In this document: piece after piece, positions 28,800 through 38,885 of the stretch
Numbering within the stretch: position 1 is the stretch's first letter
Layout of the letters: each line of letters starts with the position of its first letter
Assembly: GCA_017470505.1 (NCBI GenBank)
Contig: JAFUYO010000009.1
Location: forward strand, 1,671 to 65,670
Direction: 5' to 3'
DNA length: 64,000 nucleotides
From: Butyrivibrio sp.
GTDB lineage: Bacteria; Bacillota; Clostridia; Lachnospirales; Lachnospiraceae
The notes under the pieces: generated by a model
Told to the model about the DNA's origin: nothing
What the model saw: only the letters and a program-made list of their open reading frames with translations
Databases searched by the model: none
Position numbers and translations under genes: made by a program

Positions 28800-31514
28800 T
28801 TATACAAGTTCTACCTCTATTGAATGGGACTCTCCCGGCATCTCATCAAATACATCTGCCGGTATCTCCAGAAACGTCTTTTCCTTTATCTCAACCTCTT
28901 TCCCGTCGGCAGCTGCCTTAGCAACCTCGTACTCTCCGTAATCCTTACCCGAGGTATTAAGGAAAGAGACGATAACTTTCTTTCCTCTGAAGGAAAGTGA
29001 AACCGATGCCTTACCGCCTATGTCAAACTGCTCCTTTACAAGCTTTGGCTCAATGCGAAAATCACCCGCATTTCCCCTTACTCCGAAAACCTCTGTGAGC
29101 AGGGTCAGAAGATACCAGCTTCCTGCGCCTGTCAGATAGTGGTACAGCCCTCTTCCCTTTAAGTTAAAGTACTCAGGGATGCCCGGGTAGATCCTTGCCT
29201 TTTCAAAATCCGAGCAGGCTCTGTAAAGAGCATCAAGCGCCCTGTAGCCCTCTCTTGCAAAGCCCCTCTGATAGAGAGCGTTGCCAAACATGGTCTCCAT
29301 GTGCGAAAAGACAGCTCCGTTTTCCTTGTCCCCGTAGGAGAAGCCAAACATCCTTCCAAGGTCCATCCTCACTGCTCCAAAATCGGTGTTCAGTCTGTAG
29401 CCTCCCATATTATCATCAAAGAGGTACTTATCCGCGCTCTTTACAATGTCCTCTATCTCGCTCCCGGTCGCCGTCTTCGACATTATGGAAAAGACCTGTC
29501 CCGTCAGCATCATCCTGATAACGCTCTCTGAAGATTCCGTAAACTCTCCCTCGACTTTTCTTCCGAAATTGTCGTAGTAGCCGTTGAACCATCCGTTTCC
29601 TTCGCTGTCCTTTACCCACTCGTTCTGCCTTATATGCTCCATTATCGCTTCGGCTTTTTTATCGAGAATATCTGAAAGCTTCTGTGCATCAAAGCAGGTC
29701 TTTTCACCTGATACGCTCTTTCCAACGCTCTTCATGTATCTCTCAAGAAGGTCTCTCTTTTTTGCAGCATCCGACATAAGAACAGAGTCTTCTTCCAGCA
29801 GGACCTCGAGCTCTTTTAACAGGTAAATATTCTTAATTCCGGTCCTCTCTGCATATACCCTCAGATATTCGGCGATACTCTTAAGGTTCCCTGCGTAAGC
29901 GCAGGTGAAGGCAACGCTCTCCCCCTTATCGGGCGCCATGTCAAGAGCATCGTTCCAGTCTGCGCACCTCAGCAGACAGATGTTGTGATCTCCGACATCC
30001 AGGACAGCAGTGAGGTTCTCTATGAGGAGGTGTTCTATGACGCTCCCCTCATACACCTCCCCGTTTTGGGAGCGCAGAAGGACTCCGTCATCTGCTGTGT
30101 AATCCTCATCCCTGCCCTGAGCCCTCTCAGTCAGAGCGTCCTTAAAGTAGGTAACGTTTTCACCCAGTATCTCCACATCCCCCGTCTGGTCAATGTAGAG
30201 TCTCACCGTCAGAAACGGCCAGAAGCCGTGGTCCATCCACACCCTGGGTATGCCGTTTCTGTCGCTCTTAAACACGCCCCTGTTATCTCCGATTATGGTT
30301 GCGTTAGTGCCATCCGTCCTGACACCCCTGAAGTTATCAAGGAGCATCTGCCTGACTCCGTCGGGGTCAGTCAGTAAAAGAGCCAGACAGTCCTGCCATA
30401 AGTCTCTCCAGCCTCTTCCTCCCCTCCCGTAGTCGTGGTGCGGCAGGAATGAGCAGCCGTAGATCCTCCGAAGCTGCGGCTGGAAGGAAACCCACTCCAT
30501 AAATGAGTCGAAGGACTCATCTGCAGTGTGAAAATGAACAGGCACAGCCTCTTCCCAGTACTTTTTTACTTCCTCGAACGTCTCTTCAACGAGGCCTGCG
30601 TTTTTTATAAAGTCATAGGGATCGCGCCCTTTGCCGTCCTCAATACCGATGATGATGTTGTAGCTGCACTTTTCGCCGGGAGCAAGCACTCTTTTTGTAA
30701 ATCTCAAAACCGCCGTACACTCCCTGCCGTTTACCCTGTCTCCTTCACGAAGCCACTTATCGTCACAGAAAAGTCCGTTCACAAGGCTCCCCGGGCGCAG
30801 ATAGGTTCCGCCCTCACCGATGTACTCATCCTCATCTGCCATGAATCTCTCGGGGAGATTGCCCCTCTCGTCAGCACCGAACACATAGTAGGCGCTCTCA
30901 TTGATCTGATGCCCCCTCTCATCAAAAGAAAGGGTTGGCTTTAGCACAACTCCGCCATCAGTTATCACTGCGCGGTTTAAAAGGCTCGTCACATGCCTGT
31001 GATCCCTGAGGTTGTCAGCGCTCCTCCCATAGACAGGTATCGCCGCCACGGGAGTAAACTCCGCACTCTCCTCCGAGCTGTTCTCTAACGAGATCGTCAT
31101 CACCTCAGCCGATGTGTCCAAAAGGGCAAAGAGCCTGACAGATGCTTTTACACCATGAAGATGGTCAGATCTTGTGACCTTCTGCCACATCCTCCCTGCT
31201 TCGAGAACGCTCTCCTCCTCGCTATCTGTAAATCTCTCAGCCTCCTGGGATGCGCTTACGCCTGTCGCAGACCAGAGTCCGTCCCCAAATACCAGGAAAA
31301 AATTCCTCGTATCCCTGTCAGTGTGGAGATTGGACACGCTCTTTGGCGCAATCAGGAAGTGGTTCTGATCTGTCTTACTGTCTCCTCCAAAATCCGGTGT
31401 TACAGAGCTCTTTAAGCCTGTAAGGGATGCGACAGGAAGATACAGCCCTGACGTGTGACAGGGGTTTTTTAGTCTGAACTGCCCGCTTTTTTCTGTAAAC
31501 TCTATTCTTTCCAT
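28800..31514 (-). CDS. GH94 glycoside phosphorylase, laminaribiose phosphorylase-like
   Basis: RSADNLRDHRHVTSLL, GRGWRDLWQD, ADWNDALD (catalytic Asp), ENGAVFSHM, YLTGAGSW. About 900 aa. Confidence 0.8.
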   Translation of the reverse strand: MERIEFTEKSGQFRLKNPCHTSGLYLPVASLTGLKSSVTPDFGGDSKTDQNHFLIAPKSVSNLHTDRDTRNFFLVFGDGLWSATGVSASQEAERFTDSEEESVLEAGRMWQKVTRSDHLHGVKASVRLFALLDTSAEVMTISLENSSEESAEFTPVAAIPVYGRSADNLRDHRHVTSLLNRAVITDGGVVLKPTLSFDERGHQINESAYYVFGADERGNLPERFMADEDEYIGEGGTYLRPGSLVNGLFCDDKWLREGDRVNGRECTAVLRFTKRVLAPGEKCSYNIIIGIEDGKGRDPYDFIKNAGLVEETFEEVKKYWEEAVPVHFHTADESFDSFMEWVSFQPQLRRIYGCSFLPHHDYGRGGRGWRDLWQDCLALLLTDPDGVRQMLLDNFRGVRTDGTNATIIGDNRGVFKSDRNGIPRVWMDHGFWPFLTVRLYIDQTGDVEILGENVTYFKDALTERAQGRDEDYTADDGVLLRSQNGEVYEGSVIEHLLIENLTAVLDVGDHNICLLRCADWNDALDMAPDKGESVAFTCAYAGNLKSIAEYLRVYAERTGIKNIYLLKELEVLLEEDSVLMSDAAKKRDLLERYMKSVGKSVSGEKTCFDAQKLSDILDKKAEAIMEHIRQNEWVKDSEGNGWFNGYYDNFGRKVEGEFTESSESVIRMMLTGQVFSIMSKTATGSEIEDIVKSADKYLFDDNMGGYRLNTDFGAVRMDLGRMFGFSYGDKENGAVFSHMETMFGNALYQRGFAREGYRALDALYRACSDFEKARIYPGIPEYFNLKGRGLYHYLTGAGSWYLLTLLTEVFGVRGNAGDFRIEPKLVKEQFDIGGKASVSLSFRGKKVIVSFLNTSGKDYGEYEVAKAAADGKEVEIKEKTFLEIPADVFDEMPGESHSIEVELV

Positions 31515-31571
31515 GATAATCTTCCTTTCGATACTGCTCAGTTACTACTCAGTAACTTTGTTTCCAATTGA

Positions 31572-33980
31572 TCAGTCAAACTTAAGAATTACACTCAGTA
31601 TCCTCTTTGCGCTTATCTCCATCTGTTCTCTTTTTACAGCGCCCTTCGAAACGGCCTCTTTGACCCTGTCCGGGAAGCCATTTGCCATCTTAAGATCGTT
31701 CCCCGCATTTATCTCCTTGTACTGCTCGGCCCTGTTCCACCAGTCCGATGTGACAAAACCATCAAATCCCCACTCTTCTCTTAGTATTCCCGTGAGGAGG
31801 TCCCACGACTCAGACGCCCTCTCTCCGTTTATCGCGTTGTAGGCGCTCATTATCGTGTAGGGTGATGACTCCCTTACTATGATCTCGAAGGCCTTTAAAT
31901 AGATCTCGCGAAGAGCCCTCTCTGATACCCTTGAGTCGGAGTGCTTTCTGTTAGTCTCCTTGTTGTTGCAGGCAAAGTGCTTGACACTGGCTCCCACGCG
32001 GTTTTTCTGAATGCCGCGGACCATTGCTGCCGCCATCCTGCCGGTGAGGTACGGATCCTCTGAGTAGTACTCAAAGTTTCTGCCGCACATGGGGCTTCTG
32101 TGGATGTTCACCGCAGGAGTCAGCCATACGCACATGTTGTTCTCCTTCAGCTCCTCGCCTCCGGCAAAGCCAACCTGTTCTGCGAGGAGCTTATTCCAGG
32201 TGCAGGCTATTGTCGTCGCGCAGGGGAAGGCCGTCGTAAGCACTCCGGTCTCGGGAGATATCCTGACGCCCGCAGGTCCGTCCGATGTCATCGCATTCGG
32301 AACACCGTACTCAGGAAGGTTTCCAAAGCCGAATACATTGGCAACTCCCGTGTTTGGCTGGCCTCCGAGAAGGTCGATGAGCCTCTCATCGGGAAGGCCT
32401 CTGACAAACTCATCGAGGCTGTTTCTGCCCTCGGCCACATCCGGGAGCGTAATTGCTCCCTCTTTGTAGGGCTTTGTCAGATAGTGCATGGGAACCTCTC
32501 TTATAAGAGGTGTCAGCGCTTCTTCCGTTCCCGGCTCCATCTTTCCTATGACGCTCTCGTTTATGTCCTTCTCTTTTCCAAGGGGAAGCTCTTCAAACGA
32601 TCCGTCCGAGAGCATCCTCTTTTTAAGGCTGACGGGAGAGAGTCTGTGCGTCATTTTCTTTACGACAGTATCCTCGGAGAGGCCGTAGGAGAAATCTATT
32701 TTCCAAGAGCTCCTCACATCGCCTCCCGTGTAGAACTCATATACGCCCTTCTCAAGAACGTATGCCGCTTCATGGACCTTGCCAAGATCGTCGTAGGACG
32801 CCATCTGGTAGTAAGTCACAGACAGCGGCACAAGCTCTGACTCGCCCGGGGCAAGGAGCTTTGTCTTTTCAAAATCAGCAAGAACCCGCGCGCTCTTTCC
32901 AAGCTTTCCATCCGGCGCCTTAAAGTAGAGCTCTACGACCTCCCTGCCGCTGACACTGCCCGTATTGGTCACTTTGACCGTGAAGGTAAAGCCGTCCTCC
33001 ATGGCACCGCTGCTGACAACCTCGCTCTCAAAGCTCGTATAGGACAGTCCGTACCCGAAGGGATAGATAACCTTTTTGTCCGCGCCGGGGATTGTCTCAA
33101 AATAGCGGTATCCGACGTATATGTCCTCGCTGTAATCGACATAGTCAAAGGAGTCGTGGTACCCAGCAGTTGAAGGATAGTCTGAAAGGTCCCCCGCAAA
33201 GGTGTCTGAAAGCTTTCCCGAAGGGTTCACATACCCCAGAAGCACATCTGCCGCTGAGAGTCCTCCTTCCATTCCGCCCTGTCCCATGTAGACAAGGCCC
33301 TTAATGTCCTCATCTTCACAGGCCCACTTAAGGTCGATAACGCCTCCGACATTTAAGAGGACTATCGTCCTGTCAAAAGAGGTCTTCACCTTGTTTATCA
33401 GTTTCTTTTCACCGCTTGTCAGATAGAAATCGCCATCAGGGAATATCTCTCCGGATATAGACGGCATGCTGCGCTCAGAGGGCCAGGGGTTAAACTCCCT
33501 GTTGCACTCGATGCTGCTGCGGTCCCACCCCTCGCCTGAAAATCTGTTTATGACTATGAGGGCGGTATCTGAGAACTCTCCCGCATCTCTTATTATCTCA
33601 TCGGGTATCTCAACTTCCTCAGTCATTCCCGGAACGCGTCCAAGAGCGTACTGCTCTTTTAGAGCCTCTCTGTAGATGTCGATAACGCTCTCATAAACTT
33701 CCACACCTCTCATTTTGAGGCCGTCGTATAGGGAGTGAACATATTTGCAGTACACATCGCCTGACCCGCCGCCTCCCTTCACATAATCAACACTTGCCTT
33801 TCCGAACAGGGCGACCTTTTTTCTCTCAAGGGGAAGCACTCCACCCTCATTTTTCAAAAGAACTATCCCCTCGTCAGCTGCTGCCTTTGAAATCGCGATA
33901 TGCTCAGCACTCCCGGTCACTTTTCTTTCTCCATAGAGCGGCAGATTTGGTTGATACAAAAGCCTTGCCCACTTTCCCAT
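31572..33980 (-). CDS. GH3 beta-glucosidase with inverted domain order (BglA-like)
   Basis: N-terminal EGIVLLKN/GGGGSG/FSGEG.DR domain first. TIM barrel (SDGPAG, GRNFEYYSEDP, VTSDW) is C-terminal. Start ATG 33980 with GGAGG. Confidence 0.9.
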   Translation of the reverse strand: MGKWARLLYQPNLPLYGERKVTGSAEHIAISKAAADEGIVLLKNEGGVLPLERKKVALFGKASVDYVKGGGGSGDVYCKYVHSLYDGLKMRGVEVYESVIDIYREALKEQYALGRVPGMTEEVEIPDEIIRDAGEFSDTALIVINRFSGEGWDRSSIECNREFNPWPSERSMPSISGEIFPDGDFYLTSGEKKLINKVKTSFDRTIVLLNVGGVIDLKWACEDEDIKGLVYMGQGGMEGGLSAADVLLGYVNPSGKLSDTFAGDLSDYPSTAGYHDSFDYVDYSEDIYVGYRYFETIPGADKKVIYPFGYGLSYTSFESEVVSSGAMEDGFTFTVKVTNTGSVSGREVVELYFKAPDGKLGKSARVLADFEKTKLLAPGESELVPLSVTYYQMASYDDLGKVHEAAYVLEKGVYEFYTGGDVRSSWKIDFSYGLSEDTVVKKMTHRLSPVSLKKRMLSDGSFEELPLGKEKDINESVIGKMEPGTEEALTPLIREVPMHYLTKPYKEGAITLPDVAEGRNSLDEFVRGLPDERLIDLLGGQPNTGVANVFGFGNLPEYGVPNAMTSDGPAGVRISPETGVLTTAFPCATTIACTWNKLLAEQVGFAGGEELKENNMCVWLTPAVNIHRSPMCGRNFEYYSEDPYLTGRMAAAMVRGIQKNRVGASVKHFACNNKETNRKHSDSRVSERALREIYLKAFEIIVRESSPYTIMSAYNAINGERASESWDLLTGILREEWGFDGFVTSDWWNRAEQYKEINAGNDLKMANGFPDRVKEAVSKGAVKREQMEISAKRILSVILKFD

Positions 33981-34121
33981 AAAAAAAACCTCCTTAATGC
34001 GAAACACATTTTTTGATAAGCCCTATTTTAGGCTACTTAAAGGTTTAAGTAAAGATTTTCTTTTTGTATTATTTTATTAGTAATATAATTAGTATTATTA
34101 TTGGAACGGAGATTTCAGAAA

Positions 34122-35243
34122 ATGGCAGAATTAAAAATTGCAGAACGAAGTAAAACGATCATAAGGACCAGCGTTATCGGCATCATCGTAAACTGTCTGC
34201 TCGCGGGCTTTAAAATGGTGGTCGGGATAATATCCGGTTCGATCGCGATCGTCCTCGATGCGATCAACAACTTAAGCGATGCACTCTCCTCGGTCATAAC
34301 GATCGTTGGAACATACCTTGCAGGCAAGGAGCCCGACAAAAAGCACCCCTACGGATACGGAAGGATTGAGTACTTAAGCGCGATGATCATCTCTATCATC
34401 GTCCTGTATGCAGGCATAACTTCCTTTGTCGAGTCGGTTAAGTCGATCCTGCACCCTGAGCCTGCAGATTACTCACCCGTCACTCTCATAATCGTCGCGG
34501 TAGCAGTCGTGGTCAAGGTCCTCTTAGGACAGTTCTTTATCGCCACCGGAAGGAAAGTCCAGTCGGAGTCACTTGTGGCTTCCGGCAAGGATGCGCGTTT
34601 TGACTCGATAATATCACTGTCAACCCTCATCGCAGCCTTCATCTACATCTTCACGGGGCTCTCTGTCGAAGCATATCTTGCCGCTCTCATCGCTGTTGTC
34701 ATGATAAAGTCAGCCCTCGAGATGCTGCGCGACACAATCAGTGAAATTCTCGGCGAGCGCATAGACCCTGCTGTATCCAGGGAAGTAAAAAAGACCATCA
34801 CTTCAGTTGAGGGTGTCCAGGGCGCTTATGACCTCATCTTTTCAGACTATGGTCCCGACCGCGTGATGGCATCTGTCCACATAGAAGTGCCAGACACCTT
34901 CACGGCAGACAAAATTGATGAGATAACGAGGAAGATCACGGAAAAGGTGTACGACGAGCACAACATTATCCTCATATCCGTCGGAGTTTACTCGATCAAC
35001 ACCAAAGATGCGACAATTGTCGCAATTAGAAACTCAATTTCGACAATTGTAGCTTCACATAAGGAAATTCTCCAGATGCACGGCTTTTTTGTGGACCATG
35101 AGAAGAAGGACATCCGCTTTGACCTCGTTCTTGACTTCGTACCGGACAGATATGAGATATTCAGGCAGACTGTAAAGGAAATACAGGATCTCTGCCCCGA
35201 TTACAGGATTGTCGCCAATATGGATGCCAGCTACAGCGACTGA
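34122..35243 (+). CDS. Cation diffusion facilitator (CDF) transporter
   Basis: SIAIVLDAINNLSD, PDKKHPYGYGRIEY, six TM segments plus a C-terminal dimerisation domain. Confidence 0.92.
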   Translation: MAELKIAERSKTIIRTSVIGIIVNCLLAGFKMVVGIISGSIAIVLDAINNLSDALSSVITIVGTYLAGKEPDKKHPYGYGRIEYLSAMIISIIVLYAGITSFVESVKSILHPEPADYSPVTLIIVAVAVVVKVLLGQFFIATGRKVQSESLVASGKDARFDSIISLSTLIAAFIYIFTGLSVEAYLAALIAVVMIKSALEMLRDTISEILGERIDPAVSREVKKTITSVEGVQGAYDLIFSDYGPDRVMASVHIEVPDTFTADKIDEITRKITEKVYDEHNIILISVGVYSINTKDATIVAIRNSISTIVASHKEILQMHGFFVDHEKKDIRFDLVLDFVPDRYEIFRQTVKEIQDLCPDYRIVANMDASYSD

Positions 35244-35382
35244 AAACATCAAACAGAATACTTTTTTCCAAATATTCCCAAAATATGATAAACTTTCTAT
35301 TAAATTTTTTAATTGTCATACTTTTTTATTTGTCGTATAAACAAATGAAGACTATAATATAGGCAAGAGAGGAGGGTTTATC

Positions 35383-35721
35383 ATGAAAAAGAATATTTTC
35401 AAATTGATTTCCGCAACCATTATGGGCTTGATGATAGCTTTATGTATGGTCTCCACTCCGGCACTGGCAGCAAATTCCGTAATTACTGAGGCCAAGGCAA
35501 AGAGCATCGCTCTTAAGGATGCAGGGTATACCGAGAAGGACGTAGTCGTTCTCTCCCTCATCCTCGATGAAGAAGATACTCCCGCAGAATACGAGATTTC
35601 CTTCTGCCACGGAACGGTGGAATATACATATCACATCAATGCCAGGACAGGTGCTATCATCTCATCCGAAGAGGATGATGAGTTCTATATCAATCCCGGG
35701 TGCCTGCTCTTAAATGGCTGA
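35383..35721 (+). CDS. Secreted PepSY domain protein
   Basis: Signal peptide ending ALAA; ITEAKAKSIALKDAG...YEISF...Y.INARTGAII. Confidence 0.85.
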   Translation: MKKNIFKLISATIMGLMIALCMVSTPALAANSVITEAKAKSIALKDAGYTEKDVVVLSLILDEEDTPAEYEISFCHGTVEYTYHINARTGAIISSEEDDEFYINPGCLLLNG

Positions 35722-35742
35722 CAGACAAGTGTCAGAACAGAC

Positions 35743-35791
35743 AAAGAAGCTGTGAAAAATGAGAACTTCATTTTTCACAGCTTTTCTTTTT
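35743..35791. terminator. Bidirectional terminator
   Basis: AAGCTGTGAAAAATGA-GAACT-TCATTTTTCACAGCTT with flanking A/T runs. Confidence 0.8.
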
Positions 35792-35795
35792 GGCA

Positions 35796-38198
35796 TCAGT
35801 TAATTTCCAAAGCCTCAAACATATACAGCCTTGTGTCGCCCGTTCGCATCACGCGGGTGTCTTCATTGTTTCCGGCCCCAGCAAAGGATGCGTTGAGACA
35901 GAGCCCTCTTCCCATGAGAGAAGCCCCTGTTGCTTCTGCTATCTGCTCCTCTCCCTTCATCTCGTTCATGCTGCTCAGGATGTGGTGTAGGAGGCCGTCC
36001 TGCTTTACATGGATCGGAGCCACATTGTTTACAAGGCTTCCGAAATCAAGCATTGATAAAGGCACCACCCTGTTTTTCACCCGGTAGAGAGTATCTTCAA
36101 GAAGTCCTTCAGCCTTTATACATCTGTAGTCGCAATTGGGGGTCTTATGCTTTTCAACTATGAAGGACACAGCCTTCTTTTTGTCCCTTGAAACGATCAT
36201 GTACCCGTCATCCGGGAGCCTGTAGTAGTCGCCGAACTGGAAGATATCTCTCCACTTCTTGTAGAACTCCACCTGTCCCTCGATCATCTTTTTGTCAGTG
36301 TCGCTGATGTCGCAGAGGTTCAGCTCATATCCAAAGCATCCCGCAGCGGCGACTTCGAACCTGGTCTCAAGAGAGCTCACATTCAGGGTCTGATGATTGG
36401 GACTGGCCGAGACGTGCGCTCCTATGGTGCACGCAGGATATCCGTAGCTGTAGCCGCGCTGGATGTCTATCCTGCAGTACGGGTCGGTGTCATCCGAACC
36501 CCATATCTGAGGGAAGTATGACAGGATACCTAAGTCAAATCTGTTGCCGCCGGCTGAGCACCCCTCAAAGAGGATGTCGGGGAACTTCTCTGTAAGCTTT
36601 CTCATGACCCTGTAGAGGCCAATGTAATACCTGTGCTGAAACTCGCCCTGCCTGTCGGAAGAAAGCGATGCGGAAAACCTGTCTGAAAAGATCCTGTTCA
36701 TATCCCACTTGACATAGGATATTTTTCCGGAGGAAAAGACCTTTTCCATCGCATCTATGATGTAGTCCTGAACTTCTCTCTTTGACAGGTCGAGGTTCAT
36801 CTGAAATCTTCCCTTGGAGTGGGGGTGCCCCGGAACCTTAACCGCCCAGTCCGGATGGACCCTGTACAGGTCAGAGTCCTCATTTACCATCTCCGGCTCC
36901 ACCCACAGGCCAAAGAGCATGCCAAGTTCAGATATCTTTTCAGAAAGTTCCCTGACTCCTCCGGGAAGTTTTTTCCTGTTCTCTACCCAGTCGCCGAGCG
37001 ACCTCCTGTCGTCATCTCTTTCGCCAAACCAGCCGTCGTCCATGACAAAGAGCTCTATCCCGCACTTCTTTGCCTGCTTTGCAAGTGAAAGAAGTGACCC
37101 GGAAGTGAAGTTAAAGTAATTTGCCTCCCAGCTGTTTATAAGGATGGGGCGCTCCTTGTCCCTCCACTTTCCCCTCACGATGTGGCGGCGCACAAACTCA
37201 TGCATGTTCCTGCTCATTCCGTTTGCGCCGTCCTTTGAATAGGTCATGACCGCCTCGGGCGCCTCAAACTTTTCGCCCTTATTGAGGATCCAGCTAAAGC
37301 CGACTGGCTGGATTCCCGTCACAAAGCGGCTGATGAACGATCCGTTTGATGACAGCGCCTCGTAGTGGTTTCCGCTGTAAATGAGGTTAAAGCCAAAGGT
37401 TCCCCCGTGGTCCTCTGTTGCATCGGGGCTGCTTATCATTACAAAGGGATTTGAGCGGGAGCCCGACTCTCCGGCAGATAATTCTTCCGAGACGACCTTG
37501 CCTGCCTTACAGAGAGCTTCTGACTTTCCCATCTCGTAGGCCCATCTTCCGTGGAAGGAGGTGAACTTAAGTCCAGTCTCATAGAAATCAACGCACGCCG
37601 AGAGAATCCTGTCAACTCTCACCGGCTCCCTGTTATCGCTAAAGAGCACCGCGCTCCTTGTTATCACATCGCAGTCAGGAAAAAGAGAGTATATGAGCTC
37701 AATCCTCACAGCGTACTCTCTGTCAGCGAGTCTCACAACGAGCTGCTCAGCTTCATTTGTGTCATCGTAAGACGAAGGAAGTGTTTCAAGAGCCCTCTTT
37801 TCTTTTCTGACTTCATAGTCATAGCACAAAAAGTCTACGGTGGTATTTCCGTCGGGATAATACAGCTCGACCATGGGCTCTCTGATATCGCCCTTTCCAA
37901 AGGTTGAAACCTCGAGCCCCAGCATCTCAAGAGCTACATTTTCATGCTCATCGGAGTAATAGTTCATGTTTCCGCCGCAGAAATAGTGCTTGGGCGCTAT
38001 CGCCCCGGCAGTCTTTTCTATCGCGAGCCCCTCCTTCTCCAAAAGCTCCTGACTCATTTTCATCTCTTCATATTTTTGGGTAGAAAAAAGCGATGCGCCG
38101 TAATGAAGGTGCTCCAGGTGCCCTGTCTCAGTTCTCCTGAACATGTATGAAGTATTTTTTGTCTGTAAAAGAAAAAGCTTTCCATCAGCATAGATCAT
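35796..38198 (-). CDS. GH36 alpha-galactosidase
   Basis: NSWEANYF, ELFVMDDGWFG, FGLWVEPEMV, YVKWDMNR, GCSAGGNRFD, IWGSDDTD. Confidence 0.95.
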   Translation of the reverse strand: MIYADGKLFLLQTKNTSYMFRRTETGHLEHLHYGASLFSTQKYEEMKMSQELLEKEGLAIEKTAGAIAPKHYFCGGNMNYYSDEHENVALEMLGLEVSTFGKGDIREPMVELYYPDGNTTVDFLCYDYEVRKEKRALETLPSSYDDTNEAEQLVVRLADREYAVRIELIYSLFPDCDVITRSAVLFSDNREPVRVDRILSACVDFYETGLKFTSFHGRWAYEMGKSEALCKAGKVVSEELSAGESGSRSNPFVMISSPDATEDHGGTFGFNLIYSGNHYEALSSNGSFISRFVTGIQPVGFSWILNKGEKFEAPEAVMTYSKDGANGMSRNMHEFVRRHIVRGKWRDKERPILINSWEANYFNFTSGSLLSLAKQAKKCGIELFVMDDGWFGERDDDRRSLGDWVENRKKLPGGVRELSEKISELGMLFGLWVEPEMVNEDSDLYRVHPDWAVKVPGHPHSKGRFQMNLDLSKREVQDYIIDAMEKVFSSGKISYVKWDMNRIFSDRFSASLSSDRQGEFQHRYYIGLYRVMRKLTEKFPDILFEGCSAGGNRFDLGILSYFPQIWGSDDTDPYCRIDIQRGYSYGYPACTIGAHVSASPNHQTLNVSSLETRFEVAAAGCFGYELNLCDISDTDKKMIEGQVEFYKKWRDIFQFGDYYRLPDDGYMIVSRDKKKAVSFIVEKHKTPNCDYRCIKAEGLLEDTLYRVKNRVVPLSMLDFGSLVNNVAPIHVKQDGLLHHILSSMNEMKGEEQIAEATGASLMGRGLCLNASFAGAGNNEDTRVMRTGDTRLYMFEALEIN

Positions 38199-38216
38199 GT
38201 TAAGTCCTCCTAAATC

Positions 38217-38792
38217 TCAGGCTCGGATACCGTTCATAATAATGTCTATCATCTGATTGAGGGATTCCTCATAAGTTATATCGCTCTTAAAGAGTTCGTC
38301 GGAGCTCAAAAACTTTTCAATGGCGCCCTCAATGGTGAGCTTGACAACAGAAACAGGGACCTTTCTGAGTTTCCCTTCATCCATCGCCCTGACAATGAGC
38401 TTCTCCGTCTCCTCCCAGTCACTCTCAATGTGCTTCGTAACCCTCGCGTACACCTCCGGGTACTTGTCCCTCAAGAGATAGACCTTCCTGAAGTCGATGT
38501 TCTTGTAGCTGTCGGGAAGACATACAACAAGCCTGGATATCTTTTCAACTATATCGATATCCGTCTCCTTCAGGATCTCCGCCTCCTTTTGCTTGATAGC
38601 CGCAAATCCGTAGTCGACGGTTGCAAGGAAGAGCTCATCCTTGTCGTCGTACTCCCTGTAGATGGTCTTCTTGCTGATATGAAGGTCCCGGGCAATGTCG
38701 TCCATGGTGAACTTCATACCTTTCTGGTTAAACTGGTTAATGACGCTGTCCATTATGCTCTGTCTTATGTTTTCCACTGAGTAACCCTCCAT
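38217..38792 (-). CDS. TetR/AcrR family transcriptional regulator
   Basis: FTMDDIARDLHISKKTIY HTH; lies directly upstream of the GH36 gene. Confidence 0.9.
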   Translation of the reverse strand: MEGYSVENIRQSIMDSVINQFNQKGMKFTMDDIARDLHISKKTIYREYDDKDELFLATVDYGFAAIKQKEAEILKETDIDIVEKISRLVVCLPDSYKNIDFRKVYLLRDKYPEVYARVTKHIESDWEETEKLIVRAMDEGKLRKVPVSVVKLTIEGAIEKFLSSDELFKSDITYEESLNQMIDIIMNGIRA

Positions 38793-38801
38793 TAAAGTGT
38801 G

Positions 38802-38870
38802 GCTGAATCATTTTCTCACGCAGCCGGCAGCGTAGTGCCGCCTGCTGACTGAATAGTTACGTGGCTTTTT
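38802..38870 (-). repeat. Partial copy of the GTTAC/GTAAC modular repeat
   Basis: Minus strand starts GTAACTATTCAG and contains CGGCACTACGCTGCCGG(C)TGCGTGAGAAAATGATTCAGC, matching 43914-43952 at 38 of 39 positions. Confidence 0.85.
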
Positions 38871-38885
38871 CAGGCAGACTTTAAA

